Part shown: piece by piece, positions 8,455 through 16,205 of the stretch
Layout: each line of letters starts with the position of its first letter
Numbering within the stretch: the stretch's first letter is position 1
DNA from: Chitinophagaceae bacterium
Lineage (GTDB): Bacteria; Bacteroidota; Bacteroidia; Chitinophagales; Chitinophagaceae
Direction of reading: 5' to 3'
DNA length: 64,000 bases
Assembly: GCA_044221225.1 (NCBI GenBank)
Contig: JBGAPQ010000018.1
Coordinates: 10,809-74,808 of the forward strand
Notes under the pieces: model-generated
What the model was told of the DNA's origin: nothing
Seen by the model: only the letters and a program-made list of their open reading frames with translations
The model's database searches: none
Program-made: the position numbers and the translations under genes

Positions 8455-9366
8455 CTATTCTTCTATGGCTTTCATTCTGCTAATAAGCTCTTTGAGGATC
8501 ATTTTCATTTCCGTTTCATCCTTTTCTCTGAATCTTTTGTAAACCCAATCCGGCACCAGGGAACCATTCATCCTGTTCTCAAAAATTTTATCTTGAATGG
8601 TTCTGGAAATATGGGCAAGCTGAGCTTTTTCAAGTGTTTTCTTTTCCAGTTCTTCAAAAGTGCTTTGAAAACAATCATTTAACTGTTTTAGCTTCTTACT
8701 TACATTAAGATGATCTGTTAATTCCTTTTGTAAAAAAATAAAAAAAGGCATCAGCACTCCCAGCATCAAAACAGCTTCTGTCAATTTGATATCGTTTACT
8801 AAACCGGCAATCAGTAATATGACCGGTATCGATATCAGCACAACTATTATAAGAACCTTGTACCTTTTCCTAAGTTTTAGGTCCCACCAGCTATTGGAAC
8901 GTTGACAAATTAATGCTGCGATGTATTGGTCTTTTACATTGTTAATTTCTTCACCATACCAGTCTTTCAGATCATCAGTACTTCCCTGCCCATTTTGGTA
9001 TTGATCATGATTTTTAAGAATATCTTCCAGTGTAAACATGTCAGATATACTCATCAATGGCCTGGATAATTTCAAAACAGTACAATCGAATTCTTCCTGG
9101 ATAGATGCAGCTTTCTCTTTAAGTTTGGCAATAAATGGGGTAAATCCTATGACTTCAACCACCGTAAATACAATACCATATGCTGCTCCATAAATACCCC
9201 ATTGCGGATTAAACAAAGTCACTACAGCAATAACAACCGGAATTAAAACACTAAAGAGAAACTGAATAGCATAAAACATCTTTGCTGAACTATAGAGCTC
9301 TCTTTGGGCAGCCAGTAATTTAATATTGTGAGGCTCATTTTGCAGTTCGGCTATATTATTCTTCAT
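8455..9366 (-). CDS. 4-TM membrane protein (S-4TM/SLATT-like candidate effector), first gene of the cmr operon
   Basis: 303 aa. The helices are MFYAIQFLFSVLIPVVIAVVTLF and GIYGAAYGIVFTVVEVIGFTPFIA, then a soluble loop ending DWY...QRSNSWW, then VLIIVVLISIPVILLIAGLV and AVLMLGVLMPFFIFLQ. A ~95 aa helical tail carries PDWVYKR. Its stop lies 20 nt upstream of the cmr1 start. Confidence 0.6.
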   Translation of the reverse strand: MKNNIAELQNEPHNIKLLAAQRELYSSAKMFYAIQFLFSVLIPVVIAVVTLFNPQWGIYGAAYGIVFTVVEVIGFTPFIAKLKEKAASIQEEFDCTVLKLSRPLMSISDMFTLEDILKNHDQYQNGQGSTDDLKDWYGEEINNVKDQYIAALICQRSNSWWDLKLRKRYKVLIIVVLISIPVILLIAGLVNDIKLTEAVLMLGVLMPFFIFLQKELTDHLNVSKKLKQLNDCFQSTFEELEKKTLEKAQLAHISRTIQDKIFENRMNGSLVPDWVYKRFREKDETEMKMILKELISRMKAIEE

Positions 9367-9810
9367 TTATAATAATTAAAGTATTATAAAAAGATTCTTT
9401 GAAAAAAGTAAATATTCTACCCTTAGGTAAGGGCCAATATACCTATGCTACAATTAAACAGAGAAATAATCAGGAGTTATTCAGCAGATTGGATAATTAC
9501 AGATTTATCTAAATTAAGCCAAGGGAATATTATCCGCAAAAAAATTCTGATATTTTATTCCGGTACACCCCGGATACCCTTCATGCAACCTTATAAACAA
9601 AAGTTCGCATTATATTTTGAATGCATCCTGGAAAATAACGGCCTTTCGCCAATGGCAGCAGAGGAAACCCAAGGCCCGAATTACCCCTGCTCACAAAGTG
9701 AGATTATCAAATCATATTACAGGGTTGTATTGTAAGAGTAAAACCTTAGGCTGCCTTACCGAAAGTTTTTTTTATGGATTATTCTCACCAGAATACCTGC
9801 TTTAACCCGC

Positions 9811-10755
9811 TTACTGATACACAATAACAAGCTTCGGCCGTTTTGCCGGGTAGGTCGTATTGTAACTGGATACAAAAATCCGGCTGTTGTAAAAAGTTTC
9901 GTTTTGAATCTTCATCAGGAACCCGTAATTACCAGTACTGATCATCGGGCTTACCATATCCTTTACATCCAGATCAAGATCAAAGACAGACTGTGAAGCA
10001 TGCGGAACAATAACCTGGCTGGCCGTGGTAACGGAAGGCTGGTTGAACCAGTTGGCAGAACCGGGATCCCAGCTGGATGTAACACGTTGTACGGTAAAGC
10101 TGTTGGCTGTACCGAAATTGGCATCTGTAAAATTGCCGTTGAGTGTGGGGCTGGGATAGGAATAAAGAAACAGGTGTGCACTGACAATACCGGCATTGGC
10201 CGGGATACTGCTAAGGTCAAATTTAAGCAGGCTTCTCACAGTATAAGGCGTACCGCCACTTGTCCATGCCTCAACAGGTATATCCACAGCACCGGAGCCG
10301 CTGATAGGAACCCCATTATGGTTAATCATCAGAAATTCTGTCGGGTTATTGGAAGGCTGGAGAGTAAGGGTTTGTAACGGAGAGGGATATACCATCACCG
10401 ATGTGGTATCTGCCCCGGTAGCGCCTTTATTATCTGTTGCCTGTAGCTGAAACAGGTATCTCCCTTGTTTCAGCCCTTTCACTTTAGTAGTAGCTGAACC
10501 AGGGTTAATTAGTACTGAAGCATCCGGGCCGGATACCTGGCTCCACAAATAGGAAACAATAGTGCCATCACTATCGGTAGCAGAACCAAAAAGCGTTACA
10601 GAGTCAACATACAAAGTGATGCTTTGTGAAGTACCCGCCTCCACTACCGGAACCTTATTTTCCGGTTCTGCTAAAGCTTCCGGCTCTTTTTGACAGGCTG
10701 AAAATGAAAAAAAAAGACTGGCTGCTGTAAGGAGTACTGATAATGTCTTCTTCAT
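9811..10755 (-). CDS. Secreted lipoprotein with a PKD/Ig-like domain and a C-terminal DNRLRE-like domain
   Basis: 314 aa. It has a signal peptide plus lipobox (LFFSFSACQ). A PKD-like segment reads GSATDSDGTIVSYLWSQVSGP. LLKFDLSSIPANAGIVSAHLFLYSY resembles the DNRLRE domain. Confidence 0.6.
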   Translation of the reverse strand: MKKTLSVLLTAASLFFSFSACQKEPEALAEPENKVPVVEAGTSQSITLYVDSVTLFGSATDSDGTIVSYLWSQVSGPDASVLINPGSATTKVKGLKQGRYLFQLQATDNKGATGADTTSVMVYPSPLQTLTLQPSNNPTEFLMINHNGVPISGSGAVDIPVEAWTSGGTPYTVRSLLKFDLSSIPANAGIVSAHLFLYSYPSPTLNGNFTDANFGTANSFTVQRVTSSWDPGSANWFNQPSVTTASQVIVPHASQSVFDLDLDVKDMVSPMISTGNYGFLMKIQNETFYNSRIFVSSYNTTYPAKRPKLVIVYQ

Positions 10756-10842
10756 AGAAAAAAGTTACAGATTATACAATCAGCTTCGGGTAACGCACCG
10801 TTCGCTTTTGCAATGATACAATAAATGCCGGCAAAAAATGTA

Positions 10843-10868
10843 AACAAAAAAACCATCCTGCGATGGTT
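10843..10868 (-). terminator. Rho-independent terminator after nusG
   Basis: The minus strand reads aaccatc-gcag-gatggtt followed by a T-run (tttttttg), about 35 nt after the nusG stop. Confidence 0.7.
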
Positions 10869-10900
10869 TTAAATTAGTTTTCTCTGTAATCTGTAATAAA

Positions 10901-11482
10901 TCAGCTGATTTTCTCCACCTGCATATAATTCAGTTCAACAGGAGTAGAACGGCCGAATATCTTAACAGTTACTTTCAATTTCTTTTTCTCATCATTCACC
11001 TCTTCAATCACTCCATTAAAGTCATTAAACGGTCCTTCTATTATTTTGATAGTTTCACCTACAATAAATGGTTCACTCATACTTACTCCGCCAGCCTCGG
11101 CCATTTCGTCCATTTTACCCAGCATCTTATTCACTTCTGCCTTACGGAGTGCAATGGGATTTTCTTTACCAAGGAAATGAATAACATTAGTCGTATTCTT
11201 GATAACATCTCTCAGATCGTCGCTTAACTTTCCTTCAGCAATCTCAATCATTACATAGCCGGGATAGTAATTCCTTTCTCTCATTACTTTTTTTCCACTG
11301 GCTACTTTATACACTTTCTCTACCGGAAGAAATACCTGCTTAACAATCTCACTCCAGCCACCACGGGAAATTTCTTTATCAAGATATTCCTTAACTTTTT
11401 TTTCTTTACCGCTTACAACACGCAACACATACCATTTGGTCTCCTGCTGCTGTACGTTTTCAGTATTTGTAGTTACTTCCAT
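10901..11482 (-). CDS. nusG: Transcription termination/antitermination factor NusG
   Basis: 193 aa. It has WYVLRVVSGKEKKV (NGN domain) and a KOW-like C-terminus GETIKIIEGPFNDFNGVIEEV. It lies directly after secE. Confidence 0.95.
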   Translation of the reverse strand: MEVTTNTENVQQQETKWYVLRVVSGKEKKVKEYLDKEISRGGWSEIVKQVFLPVEKVYKVASGKKVMRERNYYPGYVMIEIAEGKLSDDLRDVIKNTTNVIHFLGKENPIALRKAEVNKMLGKMDEMAEAGGVSMSEPFIVGETIKIIEGPFNDFNGVIEEVNDEKKKLKVTVKIFGRSTPVELNYMQVEKIS

Positions 11483-11676
11483 TAGAAAAGTTGTTTGTAA
11501 ATAAACTTCAGCCCGTTACCTGTTACAAAATCCATTCCGAGCACTATAAAAGTGATTACGATAGTAGCAACGAGTACTATCATTGTTGACTGTTGCAACT
11601 GCAGCCAGGTTGGCCAGCTCACTTTCTCTGTCAGTTCTTTGTAACTCTCTCTGAAGTATGTAGTAATCTTATTCAT
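11482..11676 (-). CDS. secE: Preprotein translocase subunit SecE
   Basis: 64 aa with a single C-terminal TM helix. YFRESYKELTEKVSWPTW is the typical SecE N-terminus. Its end overlaps the nusG start by 1 nt. Confidence 0.9.
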   Translation of the reverse strand: MNKITTYFRESYKELTEKVSWPTWLQLQQSTMIVLVATIVITFIVLGMDFVTGNGLKFIYKQLF

Positions 11677-11713
11677 ACTAGTTTATTTGATGTTCAATGT
11701 TCGAGGTTTGATG

Positions 11714-11738
11714 TTAAAATCCGGGCCCCGGATTTTAA
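11714..11738 (-). terminator. Palindromic hairpin between tRNA-Trp and secE (possible attenuator or processing site)
   Basis: ttaaaatccggg/ccccggattttaa is a near-perfect inverted repeat flanked by T/A runs on both strands. Confidence 0.3.
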
Positions 11739-11761
11739 CCCTTATACTTCAAACTATTTAG

Positions 11762-11832
11762 CACGGGTACTAGGATTCGAACCCAGACTGAAGGTTTTGG
11801 AGACCTCTGTACTACCGTTATACTATACCCGT
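11762..11832 (-). tRNA. tRNA-Trp (CCA)
   Basis: Hand-folded. The acceptor is ACGGGTA/TACCCGT. The anticodon arm is GAGGT-CTCCAAA-ACCTT (anticodon CCA). The T-loop is GGTTCGAATCC. The position between tuf and secE is the canonical one. Confidence 0.9.
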
Positions 11833-11935
11833 AAGAAGGCCTCCCCAAGCCCCTCCGATGGAGGGGTTTCCGAAGACCCAAAAAAAGAACTTTTTTCTAA
11901 TAACAAAGTACCCAGGCTCTTCGCCCAAGTACTTT

Positions 11936-11943
11936 GCAAATTT
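11936..11943 (-). promoter_or_regulatory. Bacteroidota sigma-A -7 box (TAAATTTG) upstream of tRNA-Trp/secE/nusG
   Basis: This is an exact TAnnTTTG match on the minus strand, about 100 nt upstream of tRNA-Trp. Confidence 0.35.
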
Positions 11944-12009
11944 ATTAAGACTCTCCGCAAAGTCCCCCTGCAGGGAGACCCGCCTGCCGGCAGGCAGGTT
12001 TAGAGGGCT

Positions 12010-13197
12010 TTATTTTAAAATCTCAGTAACCTGTCCGGCGCCTACTGTACGGCCGCCTTCACGAATCGCAAACTTCAAACCTTTCTCCATCGCAATCGGC
12101 TGGATCAGTTTTACAGTCAATGAAGTGTTGTCACCAGGCATAACCATTTCAGTACCAGCATTCAGCTCCACTTCTCCGGTAACGTCTGTAGTACGGAAAT
12201 AGAACTGAGGACGATATTTCTGGAAGAATGGAGTATGACGTCCACCTTCTTCTTTGCTCAGTACGTAAACTTCGGCTTTGAATTCAGTATGCGGAGTGAT
12301 AGAACCTGGCTTAACGATAACCATACCACGACGGATTTGGTTCTTGTCGATACCACGAAGCAGCAAACCAGCATTATCCCCGGCTTCACCTTCGTCAAGC
12401 AACTTGCGGAACATTTCCACACCAGTTACTGTAGAAGTAAGCGGTTCAGCAATCAAACCAACTATTTCAACCGGCTCATTCACTTTAATACGACCTCTTT
12501 CGATACGACCGGTAGCCACTGTACCACGACCTGTGATGGAGAATACATCTTCCACAGACATCAGGAACGGCTGATCAACCGGGCGGGGAGGCAGCGGAAT
12601 GTAAGAATCTACAGCAGACATGAGTTCTTCAACCTGCTTAACAGCTTCAGGATCGCCATCAAGAGCTTTTACTGCAGAACCTTTAATGATTGGAGTAGTA
12701 GCGCCATCAAAACCGTAGAAAGTCAGCAGGTCACGGATTTCCATTTCCACTAACTCTAACAGTTCAGGATCGTCAACCAGATCCACTTTGTTCATAAATA
12801 CAACCATTTTAGGTACACCTACCTGGCGGGCCAGAAGGATGTGTTCCTTGGTTTGAGGCATAGGACCATCAGTGGCAGCCACAACCAGAATAGCGCCGTC
12901 CATCTGGGCAGCACCAGTAATCATGTTTTTAACATAGTCTGCGTGACCGGGACAGTCAACGTGAGCATAGTGACGATTTTCAGTCTGATACTCAACGTGT
13001 GCTGTATTGATGGTGATACCCCTTTCTTTTTCTTCGGGAGCAGCATCAATTTCATCATATTTCTTTGCCTCAGCCATTCCTTTTTTAGAAAGTATGGTTG
13101 TGATTGCAGCAGTTAAAGTGGTTTTTCCATGGTCAATGTGGCCGATGGTACCAACGTTAACATGGGGCTTGTCCCTTTTGAAGGTCTCTTTTGCCAT
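12010..13197 (-). CDS. tuf: Translation elongation factor Tu
   Basis: 395 aa. It contains [23 protein letters not shown] and NKVDLVDD, and is full-length EF-Tu. Confidence 0.99.
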   Translation of the reverse strand: MAKETFKRDKPHVNVGTIGHIDHGKTTLTAAITTILSKKGMAEAKKYDEIDAAPEEKERGITINTAHVEYQTENRHYAHVDCPGHADYVKNMITGAAQMDGAILVVAATDGPMPQTKEHILLARQVGVPKMVVFMNKVDLVDDPELLELVEMEIRDLLTFYGFDGATTPIIKGSAVKALDGDPEAVKQVEELMSAVDSYIPLPPRPVDQPFLMSVEDVFSITGRGTVATGRIERGRIKVNEPVEIVGLIAEPLTSTVTGVEMFRKLLDEGEAGDNAGLLLRGIDKNQIRRGMVIVKPGSITPHTEFKAEVYVLSKEEGGRHTPFFQKYRPQFYFRTTDVTGEVELNAGTEMVMPGDNTSLTVKLIQPIAMEKGLKFAIREGGRTVGAGQVTEILK

Positions 13198-13327
13198 TGT
13201 TATCGGTTTTAAAGTTGTGTTTTACAATTTTTGTTTTTTATCCGTAAGCCAAAGGTATTACTACCACAGGCTTTTTTCCTACTCTGTTTTCACTATCTCT
13301 TTCTCTCAGTCCTTTTGTTTAAAGATG

Positions 13328-13399
<72 letters not shown>

Positions 13400-13442
13400 T
13401 GGTCTTACCAGATCCGCCTTCCGCTGCGCCATGGCGGTTTTG

Positions 13443-13515
13443 AGCGGGAGACCGGGCTCGAACCGGCCACCTGAAGCTTGGAAGGCTACCGCTCTACCAA
13501 ATGAGCTACTCCCGC
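13443..13515 (-). tRNA. tRNA-Gly (TCC)
   Basis: Hand-folded. The acceptor is GCGGGAG/CTCCCGC. The anticodon loop is CTTCCAA. The T-loop is GGTTCGAGCCC. Confidence 0.85.
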
Positions 13516-13545
13516 TGATAATTTTATTTCAAATAAAGAACTATG

Positions 13546-13628
13546 TGGGCAAGGATGGATTCGAACCACCGAACTCCGAAGAGGACAGATTTACAGTCTG
13601 TTGCCGTTGGCCACTTGGCTACTTGCCC
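13546..13628 (-). tRNA. tRNA-Tyr (GTA), long variable arm
   Basis: Hand-folded. The acceptor is GGGCAAG/CTTGCCC. The anticodon loop is CTGTAAA. It has a long variable arm and the T-loop GGTTCGAATCC. Confidence 0.85.
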
Positions 13629-13634
13629 GCCCGG

Positions 13635-13707
13635 AGCCACCTGCCAGAATCGAACTGGCGACCTACTGATTACAAATCAGTTGCTCTACCAGCTGAGCTA
13701 AGGTGGC
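13635..13707 (-). tRNA. tRNA-Thr (TGT)
   Basis: Hand-folded. The acceptor is GCCACCT/AGGTGGC. The anticodon arm is CTGAT-TTTGTAA-ATCAG. The T-loop is AGTTCGATTCT. Confidence 0.9.
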
Positions 13708-13781
13708 AATTTTTGACTTTCGATGCTGCCGGATAACGCACCAAAACAGGCAATAAAGAGCTACCCCATTTTTTGGGAAGG

Positions 13782-13789
13782 CAAAGGTA
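13782..13789 (-). promoter_or_regulatory. -7 box (TACCTTTG) for the tRNA-tuf operon
   Basis: This is an exact TAnnTTTG match on the minus strand, about 75 nt upstream of the first tRNA. Confidence 0.4.
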
Positions 13790-13845
13790 AGGGAATTTGG
13801 ATATTGCAAAAATTTTATAGGAGATTTTTCTGCTGACAATCAGGA

Positions 13846-13872
13846 AATAAAAAAGACCTCCGGAGAGGTCTT
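13846..13872 (-). terminator. Rho-independent terminator after hpf
   Basis: The hairpin is agacctc-cgga-gaggtct. The minus strand follows it with ttttttat. It starts 8 nt after the hpf stop. Confidence 0.7.
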
Positions 13873-13879
13873 GAATTTT

Positions 13880-14179
13880 TTAAGCTGCTTGTTTTTCTTT
13901 TTTTCGTTTTATCTGGCTTACGATTGATTCGAAAGCACTGTCAAAGGATTCTTCAAATGATTTACTGGTTGCTTTTACAAAAAAGTTGTGACGTGGTACA
14001 TGTACTCTGATTTCTGCAATCTTGTCCTTAATTGAATGCACCACGTTGTCTAATTTCAAATACACATTTACCTGGATGATGCGATCGCTAAACACTGTCA
14101 GCTTTTCCAGTTTACGATTTACATAATCTACTAACTTGCTGTCAGCGTTGAAATGAACAGTTTGAATTTTTACGTTCAT
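13880..14179 (-). CDS. hpf: Ribosome hibernation promoting factor (HPF/RaiA family)
   Basis: MNVKIQTVHFNADSKLVDYVNRKLEKL... is a typical short HPF. I prefer the ATG at 14179 to the upstream in-frame ATGs at 14185, 14188 and 14206. Confidence 0.85.
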   Translation of the reverse strand: MNVKIQTVHFNADSKLVDYVNRKLEKLTVFSDRIIQVNVYLKLDNVVHSIKDKIAEIRVHVPRHNFFVKATSKSFEESFDSAFESIVSQIKRKKEKQAA

Positions 14180-14331
14180 GGTCATCATTTTTAAACTGTG
14201 AAACAATAAATAAAGAACTTTTCTGAAAATTTTTCTAAGGGTTCGGTTCTTTTATCATGTTCAAGTTACTACAAAAGATGTTTTATACCAAGTAAAAAAA
14301 AGCCATTTTTTATCAGGTTAAGGGAAAACTT

Positions 14332-15234
14332 CTATGCTTTCGGATGGGCTTTTTTATGAATATCTTTCAGCTTTTCAATGGTGTTATGGGTATACACCTG
14401 AGTGGCTGCAAGGCTGCTATGCCCTAAAAGCTCTTTTACCGCATTCAGATCTGCCCCATTGTTCATAAGATGTGTGGCAAAAGTGTGCCGTAGTACATGG
14501 GGGCTTCTTTTGTCAAGAGTGCTGGCTTCGCCCAAAACCTTATTTACAAGCAGCCACGCATACCTGGGATATAACTTTTTTCCCCTTTCAGTTACGAGTA
14601 AACAGCCTTCAGCATTCTCAAATTCTTTTCTCTTCAATTGCTGATATTCCCTGATCGCATCAAGCACTTCTTTGCTTACCGGAATTATTCTCTCCTTATT
14701 CCCTTTTCCCAATACTTTAACCTGCTCCCTGCTGAAATCGATCTGTTTCTCAGCCAGATTTATCAGCTCACTTAGCCGCATCCCGGTAGCATAAAACAAG
14801 GTAACCAGCATCATCGCATTCAGACTTTTCCAATCTTCTGCAGACCGGTTCAGGGTTTGTACCAGCCGTTTTGTGTCTTCCTCTTTTACAAACACAGGCA
14901 GCCGCTTACTTATTTTTGGGCTGATTACATTATTCATCGGGGTACTATCAATACTCCCTGTCTTCAAATGAAATTTAAAAAAAGACTTGAGACTGGATAT
15001 TTTGCGGTTTAGCGATTTAGAAGTAAGTCCTTTCTCTTTTAATGCAGCCAGCCAGCTTCGGACAAAAGCGGGGTTTATCTCTTTAAGCTTTGCTATACCA
15101 AATTGTATTTCTAGATAATCAAAAAAATCAACAAGGTCAGCAGTATAAGCAGTAAGGGTATGTAAAGAATACCTTTTCTCGAACTTAAGGTAATCAAGGA
15201 AGGGCTGAATATGCGGACGGTCTGTAACAGGCAT
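14332..15234 (-). CDS. xerC: Tyrosine recombinase XerC/XerD family
   Basis: 300 aa. It has an N-terminal SAM-like core-binding domain (FLDYLKFEKRYSLHTLTAYTADL). The catalytic region has ATGMRLSEL, HVLRHTFATHL and LGHSSLAATQVYTH. Confidence 0.9.
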   Translation of the reverse strand: MPVTDRPHIQPFLDYLKFEKRYSLHTLTAYTADLVDFFDYLEIQFGIAKLKEINPAFVRSWLAALKEKGLTSKSLNRKISSLKSFFKFHLKTGSIDSTPMNNVISPKISKRLPVFVKEEDTKRLVQTLNRSAEDWKSLNAMMLVTLFYATGMRLSELINLAEKQIDFSREQVKVLGKGNKERIIPVSKEVLDAIREYQQLKRKEFENAEGCLLVTERGKKLYPRYAWLLVNKVLGEASTLDKRSPHVLRHTFATHLMNNGADLNAVKELLGHSSLAATQVYTHNTIEKLKDIHKKAHPKA

Positions 15235-15300
15235 AAAAAAAGACAGCTACAAAGCTATTAAACTTTGCAGCTATCCTGTAAATATTATTACCGGTAAAAA

Positions 15301-15498
15301 TTAGCTTTCGATCTGGCCGCTGGCTAACTTCTGCTTATAGATTGCTTTCAGCACGGCGCCACGACGCTTTACAGATGGCTTTGTGAAACTTTGCCGCTCA
15401 CGCAATTGCAAAAGAACTTTTGATTTCTCAAATTTCTTTTTGTATTTCTTTAAAGCTTTGTCGATGTTTTCGCAATCTTTTGAGTCGATGATCAGCAT
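15301..15498 (-). CDS. rpsU: 30S ribosomal protein S21
   Basis: 65 aa, basic, with LKKYKKKFEKSKVLLQLRERQSFTKPSVKRR. Confidence 0.9.
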   Translation of the reverse strand: MLIIDSKDCENIDKALKKYKKKFEKSKVLLQLRERQSFTKPSVKRRGAVLKAIYKQKLASGQIES

Positions 15499-15534
15499 AA
15501 CTTATTATACCTCCTTTGGTATTTTTTAGGTGGG

Positions 15535-15542
15535 CAAAGATA
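15535..15542 (-). promoter_or_regulatory. -7 box (TATCTTTG) for rpsU
   Basis: This is an exact TAnnTTTG match on the minus strand, about 37 nt upstream of the rpsU ATG. Confidence 0.4.
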
Positions 15543-15594
15543 GGCGGGTTTTCTGAAAAGAAGAAATGAAAATAGAAATGATTTACTTTGCCCT

Positions 15595-16185
15595 ATGTTT
15601 ACAGGCATTGTAGAAAGCAACGGACTTGTTAAATCAGTCATTTCCAATGGATCTAACAAGACATTTTGGATTGAATCCCCGATTTCCAGCCAGTTAAAAA
15701 TGGATCAAAGTGTGAGCCATAGTGGTGTCTGCCTTACAGTGGAGGAAGTAAAAGATAACCAGCATCGTATTACGGCTATTGATGAAACTCTTCAAAAATC
15801 AAACCTTGCAGACTGGAAAGAAGGGACATTGGTCAACCTGGAACGCTGTCTTCAGTTAAACGACCGTATAGACGGGCACCTTGTACAAGGACATGTGGAT
15901 GCAACCGGTATTTGTACCAGGAAGATTGAAAAGGAAGGCAGTTGGGAATTTGAATTTCAATTTCCCCGAAAATTTGCGGAGCTGGTAATTGAAAAGGGTT
16001 CTATCTCTTTAAACGGAATAAGCCTGACTGCTTTTAATGTAAAAAAGAGAAGTTTTAAGGTTGCTATCATCCCCTACACTTTTGAGCATACGAATATGAA
16101 AAGTATAAGAATTGGCGACCAGGTGAATCTTGAATTTGATATGATTGGAAAGTATTTGCTCAGAAGATTATCTTTGAAAGACTAA
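15595..16185 (+). CDS. ribE: Riboflavin synthase (alpha chain)
   Basis: 196 aa. It has MFTGIVE..., an internal duplication, and GVCLTV / GISLTA lumazine-binding repeats. Confidence 0.95.
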   Translation: MFTGIVESNGLVKSVISNGSNKTFWIESPISSQLKMDQSVSHSGVCLTVEEVKDNQHRITAIDETLQKSNLADWKEGTLVNLERCLQLNDRIDGHLVQGHVDATGICTRKIEKEGSWEFEFQFPRKFAELVIEKGSISLNGISLTAFNVKKRSFKVAIIPYTFEHTNMKSIRIGDQVNLEFDMIGKYLLRRLSLKD

Positions 16186-16205
16186 TTATTAACCCCTTCA
16201 AACTG

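Noticed and set aside
9367-9810. Possible CRISPR array, or the small ORF 9445-9735 (96 aa), upstream of the cmr operon
   Set aside because: No direct repeats are visible. The ORF has no recognisable motif, uses the opposite strand to all neighbours, and has odd composition. I treat the region as non-coding promoter DNA.
14332-15234. Tyrosine recombinase as the integrase of a mobile element carrying the CRISPR island
   Set aside because: It sits in the conserved Bacteroidota housekeeping string rpsU-xerC-hpf, 5 kb away from the island and separated from it by tuf, nusG and tRNAs. It is a XerC/D-like chromosome dimer resolvase rather than a phage or ICE integrase.
15499-15594. FMN riboswitch upstream of ribE
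   Set aside because: The spacer is only about 96 nt, is shared with the divergent rpsU promoter, and lacks the conserved FMN-element core sequences.
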